Shown here: positions 38,118 through 46,758 of the stretch, in pieces | Position numbering within the stretch: the stretch's first letter is position 1 | Layout: each line of letters starts with the position of its first letter | Assembly: GCA_964452165.1 (NCBI GenBank) | Contig: CAYVKP010000001.1 | Coordinates: forward strand, 332,110-396,109 | Source: an uncultured Gammaproteobacteria bacterium | GTDB taxonomy: Bacteria; Patescibacteriota; Microgenomatia; Levybacterales; GWA1-39-11 | Length of the DNA stretch: 64,000 bases | Reading direction: 5' to 3' | Program-made: the position numbers and the translations under genes | The notes under the pieces: generated by a model | Told to the model about the DNA's origin: nothing | Database searches by the model: none | The model's input: only the letters and a program-made list of their open reading frames with translations

Positions 38118-38981
38118 ATGCATTTAGATACAGTCAGAAAATATATAAGAAGGTCGCCGTATCAGGCTATATCTGCGATCATGATAATGAGCCTTACTTT
38201 TTTTGCATTTTCTGTTTTTGGAATTTTGACGATAGTTTCTGTCCGCTTCATAGCTTATTTTGAATCAAGACCTCAGCTAACAGTTTTCTTTAAAGACACT
38301 TCATCTCGAGCCGATATTGCTGCTCTTCAAAAAAAACTTGAGGACACGCAAAAAACCTCATCTATTACCTATGTATCAAAAGAAGATGCACTAAAGATCT
38401 ATAAAGAGCAAAACAAAAGTGATCCAATACTTCTTGACTTGGTGACTTCCGATATACTTCCGGCCTCTATTGAAGTTCAGGCAAAACAGGCTCAGAATTT
38501 GACCGATCTTGCAAGTATTGTAAGAGGATCGGATAAGGTTGAGGAAGTCGTTTTCCAAAAAGACATAGTTGATACCCTTGTTGCTTGGACGAATGCCGCA
38601 AGAAAAATAGGCGCCGGAGTAATTGCAATTCTTGTTGTAGTCTCAACGATGGTAATAGTTACAATCATAGGAATAAAGATAACGATGAGACGCGAAGAAA
38701 TAGAAATAATGAGACTAATTGGAGCATCTAATTGGTTTATTAGAGCGCCGTTTTTGCTTGAGGGAGCATTTTATGGATTTGTCGGTTCGGTTGTTGGTGG
38801 AGCAGCATCGATTGGACTTTTTTACTATTTCTCCCCCGCTCTCGAGTCATTCCTAAGAGGAGTCTCAATTTTTCCTATATCGCCAATAATAATGGGCGAG
38901 CTTCTTTTGATAGAAATAATTATCGCGGTTACTCTCGGCGCGTTTGCAAGCTATTTGGCAGTTCTTCGTTATCTTAAATAA
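38118..38981 (+). CDS. ftsX: Cell-division permease FtsX
   Basis: The protein has one TM helix, a periplasmic domain, three C-terminal TM helices and the FtsX_ECD layout. It lies immediately after ftsE. Confidence 0.85.
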   Translation: MHLDTVRKYIRRSPYQAISAIMIMSLTFFAFSVFGILTIVSVRFIAYFESRPQLTVFFKDTSSRADIAALQKKLEDTQKTSSITYVSKEDALKIYKEQNKSDPILLDLVTSDILPASIEVQAKQAQNLTDLASIVRGSDKVEEVVFQKDIVDTLVAWTNAARKIGAGVIAILVVVSTMVIVTIIGIKITMRREEIEIMRLIGASNWFIRAPFLLEGAFYGFVGSVVGGAASIGLFYYFSPALESFLRGVSIFPISPIIMGELLLIEIIIAVTLGAFASYLAVLRYLK

Positions 38982-40216
38982 TGTGGTCCAGGAAAATATT
39001 AGTAACCTTATTTATAATTTGCTCGATAGCTTTTTTACTAAGCGCTAAATCTTTTGCGCAGGATTCACCAACTCCAACCCCGTCTCCCACTCCTGATAAT
39101 TCAAAAGCAGTTTCAGACTTACAAAACCAAATAAAAGATTACGAATCAAAAATTTCCGATCTCCAAGGACAGGAAAAAACGCTCTCGTCTCAAATTTCCA
39201 TAATGAATAACCAAATAAAGCTGACCGAGCTACGTATTTCAGCAACTCGGGAGCAGATTAAAGAACTCGAGCATGAAATAGAAATAGCCAAAAATAAGGT
39301 TAGCGGTCTTCAGAAAGACATTGACGTTTCAACAAAAGCATTAATTGGGAGAATTGCCGCTGTCTATCAGGTGGGATCGATTAAGCCCTGGGAGGTGTTT
39401 TTGACAGCAAGCAGTATCCACGACGTATTTAATAGACTTACCTATTTGAGGGTAGTTCAGGCGTATGACAAGAGAAAAGTTTATGCTGCGGAACAAGCAA
39501 AAAATGATTATGCCAATCAAAAGTCAATTTACGAAGACAAGCAAGCGGAGGCCGAGGCTTTAAGTAAAAAGCTTGAGGCTTATACGGATCAACTCGATCA
39601 GGAAAAAGCAAGTAAACAGACATTGCTAAGTCAAACACAAGGTAATGAAGCAAACTATCAAAGATTGTTGTCAGCCGCCCAGGCTCAGCTTGCCGGATTC
39701 TCAAAGTTTGCACAAAGTCAGGGAGGAGCATCTCTTCTATCAGGCCAAACGAGCTGTGATGATTGGGGATGTTATTATAATCAGCGAGATACACAGTGGG
39801 GTGGGCTTTCTCTCAACGGTACTCAATATACAATTGCTTCTGATGGTTGTCTTGTTACCTCGATGGCAATGGTTTTGACCCACTATGGACATAGGGGAGT
39901 AACTCCCATCTCCGTTAATTCAAACCCTGACAATTTTGCTTCTTACTATCCGGCTTATCTCCTTTACACAATTCATGTTGATGGGGTTACTGCGCAAAGA
40001 ATAAGTGCCTCGATAGATTCAACCCTATCCGGTGGAAATCCCGTTGTGGTGGGAGTCCATGCATATGGCGGAACGCATTTTGTGGTTTTAGTAAGTGGTT
40101 CGGGAGGAAATTACAAAATGCGCGACCCATTTGTTCCAAACGGTAAAGACATAAACTTTACCGACCACTACTCCACGGGTAGTATTTACGAAATTGACAG
40201 AGTATCAATAAACTAA
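38981..40216 (+). CDS. Secreted coiled-coil protein with a C-terminal C39-like (papain-fold) cysteine peptidase domain; putative FtsEX-activated cell-wall hydrolase
   Basis: The protein has a signal peptide and a coiled-coil region of about 230 aa. The catalytic Cys context is SDGCLVTSMAMVLTHYG, and the His context is GGTHFVVLVSG (Peptidase_C39_2-like). The start overlaps the ftsX stop by 1 nt. Confidence 0.6.
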   Translation: MWSRKILVTLFIICSIAFLLSAKSFAQDSPTPTPSPTPDNSKAVSDLQNQIKDYESKISDLQGQEKTLSSQISIMNNQIKLTELRISATREQIKELEHEIEIAKNKVSGLQKDIDVSTKALIGRIAAVYQVGSIKPWEVFLTASSIHDVFNRLTYLRVVQAYDKRKVYAAEQAKNDYANQKSIYEDKQAEAEALSKKLEAYTDQLDQEKASKQTLLSQTQGNEANYQRLLSAAQAQLAGFSKFAQSQGGASLLSGQTSCDDWGCYYNQRDTQWGGLSLNGTQYTIASDGCLVTSMAMVLTHYGHRGVTPISVNSNPDNFASYYPAYLLYTIHVDGVTAQRISASIDSTLSGGNPVVVGVHAYGGTHFVVLVSGSGGNYKMRDPFVPNGKDINFTDHYSTGSIYEIDRVSIN

Positions 40217-40230
40217 TAGACTTCTTCTAG

Positions 40231-41037
40231 ATGCTTAAAAAAGTCTGTCTAGTCTTGTTTGCGATTTTATTTTTCCTATTCTCTGCGCCGATCATATATG
40301 CAGTTAGTTTAACTGTCGGCAATATCCCTTCGAGCATTGACCAATCGCAAGATAAAGAGCTTGACATAGTATTATCTTGTTCCGGGTGTACAGGCGACTC
40401 GTTTTTACGGGCCGTTTTTTATCCAAGTGGAACAAGCTATTTCGGTTACACTCAGGATAATAGCGGGAATTGGATCAACTCACCTGGAGGGAGTTGTACA
40501 CAATACTACAAAATCGCACAGTCCGACTTAAATAGTGGGAGTTGGAGCGGTAAACTCAAAATCAAGCCAGATTCGAACAGCTCTCTTTATGGTGGACCCG
40601 GTGATTATTTATTTAAGGTAGGAAGATATACGAGCAGCTGTGGAACACCAACATGGTCTACTGAGACTACGGTCTCCATAACGGGTCCAACACCGACTCC
40701 AACTAGCGCTCCAACACCCACAAACTCTCCAAGTGCTACTCCTACAAAAGCACCAACGTCTACACCTACCAAAGTTCCTGCTCTGAGTCCTACAGTATCG
40801 GCCTCGGACACTCCGTCACCTGGAGAAAGTAGCAATAGTGGTTTGCTATCTTCAAATGTGGATTCGCCTAAGGATACGCCCTCAGTCTCTACTAAGCCGG
40901 AAGTTCTGGGAATATCAACGGGAGGATCACCGCTATTATTTATAGTGCTTGGATTGATATTTATCGCAGCTTGTGGCATACTTGCATACTTTCAACTAGG
41001 CGACAAAATTTTTATATGGAAGAAGAAGTTGCAATAA
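40231..41037 (+). CDS. Cell-surface protein with a Pro/Thr-rich linker and a C-terminal TM anchor
   Basis: A signal peptide precedes a globular domain of about 130 aa. A PTPTPTSAPTPTNSPSATPTKAPTSTPTKVP linker follows, then a C-terminal TM helix with a KKK tail. Confidence 0.5.
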   Translation: MLKKVCLVLFAILFFLFSAPIIYAVSLTVGNIPSSIDQSQDKELDIVLSCSGCTGDSFLRAVFYPSGTSYFGYTQDNSGNWINSPGGSCTQYYKIAQSDLNSGSWSGKLKIKPDSNSSLYGGPGDYLFKVGRYTSSCGTPTWSTETTVSITGPTPTPTSAPTPTNSPSATPTKAPTSTPTKVPALSPTVSASDTPSPGESSNSGLLSSNVDSPKDTPSVSTKPEVLGISTGGSPLLFIVLGLIFIAACGILAYFQLGDKIFIWKKKLQ

Positions 41038-41453
41038 GCAAAAATGCACAAGATACAAAAAAAATCGGCAAGGAATTTATCCAAAAACTTAAACCCGGGC
41101 AGATAATTTTTCTGACTGGGGATCTTGGTGCTGGAAAAACTACTTTTGTTCAGGGGGCAGCCGCGGGTCTTAATATACCTCAAAGAATAATCTCTCCAAC
41201 ATTTATTTTAGTGAGAGCTCATAGCGGCGTTCTTAAGGATTTGCCTATTAAAATGTATCACGTTGATCTTTACAGGGTTGAAAATGATGACGAGATAAAA
41301 AGTCTTGGATTAGAAGAAATGTTCGACGGCAAAAATAACTTAATATTCATCGAGTGGGGTAAAAAAACAAATAAGATTAAACATGATTGGGAAGTCGACT
41401 TTAAAATATTGGACGATAATGAAAGGGAAATTAAAATAATCAAAAATGAATAG
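41016..41453 (+). CDS. tsaE: tRNA t6A biosynthesis ATPase TsaE (YjeE)
   Basis: The P-loop GDLGAGKTTFVQG is present, and the protein is about 145 aa. The ATG at 41016 is in frame with the track ORF at 40971. Confidence 0.8.
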   Translation: MEEEVAISKNAQDTKKIGKEFIQKLKPGQIIFLTGDLGAGKTTFVQGAAAGLNIPQRIISPTFILVRAHSGVLKDLPIKMYHVDLYRVENDDEIKSLGLEEMFDGKNNLIFIEWGKKTNKIKHDWEVDFKILDDNEREIKIIKNE

Positions 41454-42024
41454 AAATACAAAGCGCGCTATAAGCACTTTGAATAAAGGTGGAGTAATAA
41501 TTTTTCCAACCGATACGGCTTTTGGAATAGGTTGTAGAATCGATAATGGTGTGGCGGTGAGCAGGCTTTTTAAAATCAAAAAAAGACCCGACAAAAAGCC
41601 GGTGCCGGTCCTTGCCTCTTCTGTAGAGATGGCTGAGAAGTACGTAGGAGAAATAGATCCCGATGTCCGTAAAATCATGAAAAAATATTGGCCGGGCGGA
41701 TTGACAATTGTCATGCAATGCAAACAGGAAAGAGTTCCAGCTCTTGTTCGTGGCGACAGGGTAACAATTGGGATTAGAATTCCAAATCATAGGACAGCGC
41801 TTGAAATAATAAGAAAAATTGGAGTTCCAATTCTTGCTCCTTCGGCAAACTTCTCGGGAGAGCAGACTCCATATAAAAACTCTCAACTTAACAAAAAATT
41901 TGTCAACCTTGTGGATATGGTTTTGTCAGGACGCTGCAGCGCAAGAAAAGCATCAACGGTGATCGACGTAACAAAAAAACCTTGGAAAGTACTGCGCGAA
42001 GGAGCAGTTCACTTAGTAAAATGA
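41446..42024 (+). CDS. tsaC: L-threonylcarbamoyladenylate synthase (TsaC/YrdC domain)
   Basis: The YrdC fold is indicated by ...GGVIIFPTDTAFGIGC..., with the KxR...SxN motif region. The protein is 192 aa. Confidence 0.8.
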   Translation: MNRNTKRAISTLNKGGVIIFPTDTAFGIGCRIDNGVAVSRLFKIKKRPDKKPVPVLASSVEMAEKYVGEIDPDVRKIMKKYWPGGLTIVMQCKQERVPALVRGDRVTIGIRIPNHRTALEIIRKIGVPILAPSANFSGEQTPYKNSQLNKKFVNLVDMVLSGRCSARKASTVIDVTKKPWKVLREGAVHLVK

Positions 42025-42332
42025 GTATTTTATATATAGATACAAGAAATAATAAGGAGATTGTCGTTCGGCTTGAAAAGGGAGATAAGGTTTTTGAGCT
42101 CAAATCCGATGCTTTAAATTTGAAAGCTCAAGCCACGCTGCCATTGATTGATAAAATTTTAAAGGAGGCAAATTTGACGCCCGCAGATATAAACGAAATA
42201 AAAGTTGAAAGAGGCCCCGGCTCATTTACTGGTTTACGGGTTGGTATATCAATTGCAAACGCACTGGGTTTTGCAAACAACATTAAGATAAATGGTAAAA
42301 AAGTCAGCGAAATAGAAACGCCTCAATATTAG
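42021..42332 (+). CDS. tsaB: TsaB (YeaZ)-like protein, N-terminal-domain-only short form
   Basis: The translation MSILYIDTRNN...ERGPGSFTGLRVGISIANALGFA corresponds to the TsaB N-terminal ASKHA half. It is only about 103 aa, against about 220-230 aa for typical TsaB. It overlaps tsaC by 4 nt. Confidence 0.6.
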   Translation: MSILYIDTRNNKEIVVRLEKGDKVFELKSDALNLKAQATLPLIDKILKEANLTPADINEIKVERGPGSFTGLRVGISIANALGFANNIKINGKKVSEIETPQY

Positions 42333-42378
42333 TTTCACGGGTCTTGTGATTTTAAATTCGTAGCTTATATAATGGTAT

Positions 42379-43269
42379 ATGCTCTCGTTTTTAAAACATT
42401 GGTTATTGCCTCACGAAAAGAATAATCACAGAGCCAAAATCCTACATAATTCAAGTCTGCTATTTATAGTGATTCTGGTTTTTTCGTTTTCCATCATTTC
42501 TCATGTTGTTAAAATCACTCATCCTGACGTCTTGGGTATATCCTATTCGATCTCGGCAAATGATCTTTTGTCTCTTGTTAATCAGCAAAGACAAAGCGGT
42601 GGTCTCCCTGCGCTTGTTGAAAATGCCCAGCTAGATGACGCCGCAAGACGCAAAGCTGCGGACATGCTTGCTAAAAACTATTGGGCTCATTTTGCCCCCG
42701 ACGGCTCCACGTCGCCATGGGGCTTCATAAAAGCTTCTGGTTACAATTATCAATTTGCTGGAGAGAATTTAGCTAAAGGCTTTACTGATTCGGGGTCGGT
42801 TGTTACGGCGTGGATGAATTCTCCGACTCATCGAGACAATATCCTCTCAAATAAATTCAAAGATGTAGGATTTGCGATAGTTCCCGGAACTCTTCAAGGA
42901 GAAGACACAGTTCTGGTGGTTGAGATGTTCGGTGAGATACCGAGTGGAGCGGCCCAGGTGCCGGAGGTTGCTGTAAAATCTGCACAAAGTGCCCCGGCGG
43001 CGCCACAAGAGGCCCAAGTCAAATCAGTAGTGGCTTCTTCTCCAAAGTCTGTTGAAAGAGTGGTAAAGACGCCCAAAATAGATACTAACGCAACAAAAAC
43101 AGTAACAACGGTGGGATTAATTTTCATGGGGTTAGCACTTTGTCTTGATGCTCTGGTTGTTGAGCGAAGAAAAATTCCAAGAATTGTCGGACACAATCTT
43201 GATCACCTCATGCTAATTGTCTTCTTTATAGTTTTCTTGATCATTATGAGGGGAGGAGTTATCGTATGA
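42379..43269 (+). CDS. CAP (SCP/PR-1-like) domain membrane protein
   Basis: The ATG lies 5 nt downstream of TATAAT (42368-42373). An N-terminal TM helix is followed by a CAP domain (...AQLDDAARRKAADM...HFAPDG...NSPTHRDNIL...) and a C-terminal TM helix. Confidence 0.65.
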   Translation: MLSFLKHWLLPHEKNNHRAKILHNSSLLFIVILVFSFSIISHVVKITHPDVLGISYSISANDLLSLVNQQRQSGGLPALVENAQLDDAARRKAADMLAKNYWAHFAPDGSTSPWGFIKASGYNYQFAGENLAKGFTDSGSVVTAWMNSPTHRDNILSNKFKDVGFAIVPGTLQGEDTVLVVEMFGEIPSGAAQVPEVAVKSAQSAPAAPQEAQVKSVVASSPKSVERVVKTPKIDTNATKTVTTVGLIFMGLALCLDALVVERRKIPRIVGHNLDHLMLIVFFIVFLIIMRGGVIV

Positions 43270-43526
43270 AGCCAATGAGTCACGGGTTGTATTATATTTT
43301 GGAACTGACGATTTTACTCGCCGGATTTTACCTTGTCTATCTCCTCTCTTACGACTTTAGACTTCAAATTATTAATCTGGCATTCGTTCTTTTGATCTAC
43401 TCACTAATAGGCATGTGGCACCACAAGTCTCACCATTCATTGAAGTCTAAAATTGTGGTAGAATATCTCTTGGTAAGCATTTTGATATTTGCTTGCTTTT
43501 TGTTTCTTAACGCAGGAAAAATATGA
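43266..43526 (+). CDS. Small hypothetical membrane protein
   Basis: The 86 aa protein has three hydrophobic helices. It overlaps both neighbouring genes by 4 nt. Confidence 0.35.
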   Translation: MKPMSHGLYYILELTILLAGFYLVYLLSYDFRLQIINLAFVLLIYSLIGMWHHKSHHSLKSKIVVEYLLVSILIFACFLFLNAGKI

Positions 43527-44257
43527 AAGGCGTAATACTCGCAGGTGGACTCGCAACAAGGCTTAGGCCTCTTACTTTAGTAACAAATAAACATTTACTC
43601 CCGGTTTACAATAAGCCCATGATTTATTACCCAATTGAGGCTGCAAAAAAGGCCGGTGTATCCGAACTTCTTATTTCTTCTTCTCCCGATCATTCAGGAC
43701 AATTCGCAAGCCTGCTCAAATCCGGAGAGGAGTTTGGTTTGAAGCTTTATTTTACTGTTCAAGACAAGCCCGGAGGAATAGCTGAGGCTATTATGTTGGC
43801 TGAGGATTTTGCAAAAGACGACAACTTATTAGTAATTTTGGGAGATAATATATTTGGTTATGATCTAAAGTTAGACCGCGAAGAGTTCGAAAAAAAAGAA
43901 AAAGGGGCCATGGTTTTTGGAGTCAGAATGGATACTCAATCAAAGCAATACGGAGTCATAGAGCTTGATAACCTAGGTAAAGTCCTCTCAATTGAGGAAA
44001 AACCGGATCATCCAAAGTCTAACATAGCTCAAACGGGAATCTATATGTACGATAAGCGTGTCTTCAGCTTGATCGAAAAACTTTCACCTTCTAAGCGTGG
44101 AGAGCTAGAGGTAACCGATCTAAATAATCTTTATGTTAAAGAAGGAACAATGAATTGCAAGATAATTGATTGGTGGATTGACGCCGGAAGTTCGCACGAT
44201 GAACTTCTTCGGGCCAATACGCTTGTGGCCGAGAAAGTTCGCGCTGGCGAACTTTAA
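43523..44257 (+). CDS. Sugar-phosphate nucleotidyltransferase (glucose-1-phosphate thymidylyltransferase, RmlA-like)
   Basis: The N-terminal NTP-binding motif is MKGVILAGGLATRLRPLT..K.LLPV. The protein is 244 aa. Confidence 0.7.
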   Translation: MKGVILAGGLATRLRPLTLVTNKHLLPVYNKPMIYYPIEAAKKAGVSELLISSSPDHSGQFASLLKSGEEFGLKLYFTVQDKPGGIAEAIMLAEDFAKDDNLLVILGDNIFGYDLKLDREEFEKKEKGAMVFGVRMDTQSKQYGVIELDNLGKVLSIEEKPDHPKSNIAQTGIYMYDKRVFSLIEKLSPSKRGELEVTDLNNLYVKEGTMNCKIIDWWIDAGSSHDELLRANTLVAEKVRAGEL

Positions 44258-44261
44258 CTTC

Positions 44262-44795
44262 ATGACAAAAATAGTCTCCAGTAAAACTCTTTTTCAAGAT
44301 CAATATATCCAATTGGTAGAAAATACAATCGAGTTCAAAGGTAACACCCGGCAACACAACGACGTTTACAGAAAACCTGCAGTTTCAATTTTCCCCATCG
44401 ACGATTCCGGTAATATTTTTCTCATCAACCAATACAGGTATTTACTTGGAGAGACCGTTATTGAAGCGGTTGCAGGGATTATGGATGAAGGAGAAGAGAT
44501 CCTTGATACAGCAAGACGTGAACTAAGAGAGGAAACCGGAATTGTGGCACACGATTATCGAAAAATTCATTCCATTTATGCTGCAGGAAGTTTTGTTAAA
44601 ATCCAACAGCATTTGGTGGTTGCGCGTAATCTTTCTTTTGAAACTGCAACTCCCGAAGAAGACGAACAAATAAAGCTTATAAAAATGCCCCTTGTGGAGG
44701 CGGTAGAAAAGGTTCTGGCCGGAGAAATCAAGACAGCATCTAGTATAATAGGAATATTGCTTCTTGATAAAATGAGGCAGAGGGGACAAATATGA
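44262..44795 (+). CDS. NUDIX hydrolase
   Basis: The Nudix box is GIMDEGEEILDTARRELREETGI. The ATG at 44262 is in frame with the track ORF at 44166. The gene sits between the rmlA-like gene and rmlB. Confidence 0.7.
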   Translation: MTKIVSSKTLFQDQYIQLVENTIEFKGNTRQHNDVYRKPAVSIFPIDDSGNIFLINQYRYLLGETVIEAVAGIMDEGEEILDTARRELREETGIVAHDYRKIHSIYAAGSFVKIQQHLVVARNLSFETATPEEDEQIKLIKMPLVEAVEKVLAGEIKTASSIIGILLLDKMRQRGQI

Positions 44796-45820
44796 AAGTA
44801 TTGGTTACAGGCGGAGCAGGCTTTATTGGTTCGAATTTCATTTTATATTGGCTCAAAAATCACTCGGATGATGAGATCGTAAATTTCGATAAGCTTACCT
44901 ACGCGGGAAATCTTGAAAATTTAAAGGAGATAGAATCAAATCCTAGCTATCAGTTTGTTCGCGGAGATATTACAAATGTTGATGATGTCGCAAGGGTGAT
45001 GGCGGGAATCGATACCGTGGTTCATTTTGCGGCTGAAAGCCACGTTGACCGCTCAATTCACGATCCGGCCCCTTTTATAATGGCAAACGTTGTAGGTACA
45101 CAAATACTTCTCGACGCGGCTCTTAAAGCGGGTATTAAGAGATTTCATCATATCTCAACGGATGAAGTATTTGGATCGCTCGATTTAAACGATTCGAACA
45201 AGTTTAGTGAACGTACAAATTATAACCCCAGAAGTCCTTATGCGGCAAGCAAGGCCAGCTCAGATCATTTGGTGCGAGCTTATTACCATACGTATAGCCT
45301 ACCTATTACAATTACCAACTGTTCAAATAACTTCGGCCCTTACCAATTTCCAGAAAAAATAATCCCATTGGCAATAACCAATCTACTTGAAGGTAAAAAA
45401 ATTCCAATCTACGGAGACGGACTTTATGTTCGCGATTGGTTATATGTTGAGGATCATTGTAGAGCAATTGATGCGGTTTTGACATCAGGAAAAGTAGGCG
45501 AAACATATGTCGTCGGAGGTTTAGTCCAGGATATTCCCAATATAGAAATAGCAAAGAAAATTATCCACCTCCTTGGTAAAAAAGAGGAAAGTATTGAATT
45601 TGTTGCTGATCGTCCGGGACACGATAGAAGATACGCAGTGGACTGGTCGAGAATAAAAAACGAATTGGGCTGGGAGCCGGAACACGATTTTGATACTTGG
45701 CTCGCTAGTACTGTCGAATGGTATAAAAACAACGAACAGTGGTGGAAAGACGTTAAAGACGGAGAATATCAGAAATATTACGATAAGCAGTACAAGAATT
45801 CCCTTCAAAACTCAGAATAA
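44792..45820 (+). CDS. rfbB: dTDP-glucose 4,6-dehydratase
   Basis: The protein carries MKVLVTGGAGFIGSNF, the YAASKASSDHLVRAY (YxxxK) motif and ...TDEVFG.., typical of RmlB. Confidence 0.85.
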   Translation: MKVLVTGGAGFIGSNFILYWLKNHSDDEIVNFDKLTYAGNLENLKEIESNPSYQFVRGDITNVDDVARVMAGIDTVVHFAAESHVDRSIHDPAPFIMANVVGTQILLDAALKAGIKRFHHISTDEVFGSLDLNDSNKFSERTNYNPRSPYAASKASSDHLVRAYYHTYSLPITITNCSNNFGPYQFPEKIIPLAITNLLEGKKIPIYGDGLYVRDWLYVEDHCRAIDAVLTSGKVGETYVVGGLVQDIPNIEIAKKIIHLLGKKEESIEFVADRPGHDRRYAVDWSRIKNELGWEPEHDFDTWLASTVEWYKNNEQWWKDVKDGEYQKYYDKQYKNSLQNSE

Positions 45821-45822
45821 AC

Positions 45823-46758
45823 ATGAAAATAGCCTTGACCGGATCTACAGGGCTCGTAGGTTCAAGATTTTTTGACCTCCTAAAAAGTAAATATGAAATT
45901 ATTCCCGTTTCATCATCTTTTAACGTTGATATTACGGAAAAAAATAGGCTATGGGATTTTCTTGAATCAAAATCCCCCTCGGCCATAGTTCATTTAGCCG
46001 CAAAAACTAGTGTAGATGCCTGTGAGGATGACCGTAAGGAAGATATAAAAAAACTCTCTAAAGATAAAGTTTACGACGGATCATCTATCAATTTAGAAAA
46101 CCTGGACCCTGAGGTATGGAAAAAATCGACAACAGCTTTTGGAGTAAACGTTGTAGGAACAAAAAATCTTGCCGATTTTGCAGCAAAGAAAGACATAAAA
46201 ATGTTTTATGTCTCAACAGATTTTGTATTTGACGGAGAACAGGATGAACAATACGATGAAGAAAGCCTGCCGTGTCCTGTTAGCTGGTATGGTCAAACTA
46301 AGTTCTGGGGAGAAAAAACCATAAATCACAACTCACTTATTACAAGAATCTCTTACCCTTTCGGTTTTAGGAGCAAGATAAAGAGAGATTTGATATGGAC
46401 TTTGGTGGAGCTGTTAAAAACAAGGGAAACAGTGAGTTTTGTTTCAGACCAGATAATTACTCCCACATTTATTGATGACGTGGTTCATGGCCTCAATTTT
46501 CTGATGGAAAAAAACGCAACGGGACTTATAAACTTGGTTGGGAATAACTCTCTTTCTCCCTATGAGATTGGTATAGCTTTATGTCGCGAATTTAACTTAC
46601 GCGAGTCGAAAATAGAACTCACAACTCGCGAAAAACTTTACAAAGGTCGAGCGCATCGCCCCTTTAAAGTCAGGCTCAAAAATGATAAACTAAGAAATCT
46701 CGGTTTTGAAATGACAGACTTTTTTGTAAGTCTCTCGAAAATAAAAAAAGATTTATGA
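45823..46758 (+). CDS. rfbD: dTDP-4-dehydrorhamnose reductase (RmlD-like)
   Basis: The protein has MKIALTGSTGLVGSRF and an SDR fold. Its position after rmlB supports the call. Confidence 0.6.
   Translation: MKIALTGSTGLVGSRFFDLLKSKYEIIPVSSSFNVDITEKNRLWDFLESKSPSAIVHLAAKTSVDACEDDRKEDIKKLSKDKVYDGSSINLENLDPEVWKKSTTAFGVNVVGTKNLADFAAKKDIKMFYVSTDFVFDGEQDEQYDEESLPCPVSWYGQTKFWGEKTINHNSLITRISYPFGFRSKIKRDLIWTLVELLKTRETVSFVSDQIITPTFIDDVVHGLNFLMEKNATGLINLVGNNSLSPYEIGIALCREFNLRESKIELTTREKLYKGRAHRPFKVRLKNDKLRNLGFEMTDFFVSLSKIKKDL

Noticed and set aside
40680-40800. Repetitive DNA in the PT-linker region, and at 39060-39100, as possible CRISPR or tandem repeats
   Set aside because: These are imperfect codon-level repeats encoding Pro/Thr/Ser linkers inside ORFs. 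There are no regular repeat-spacer units and no cas genes.
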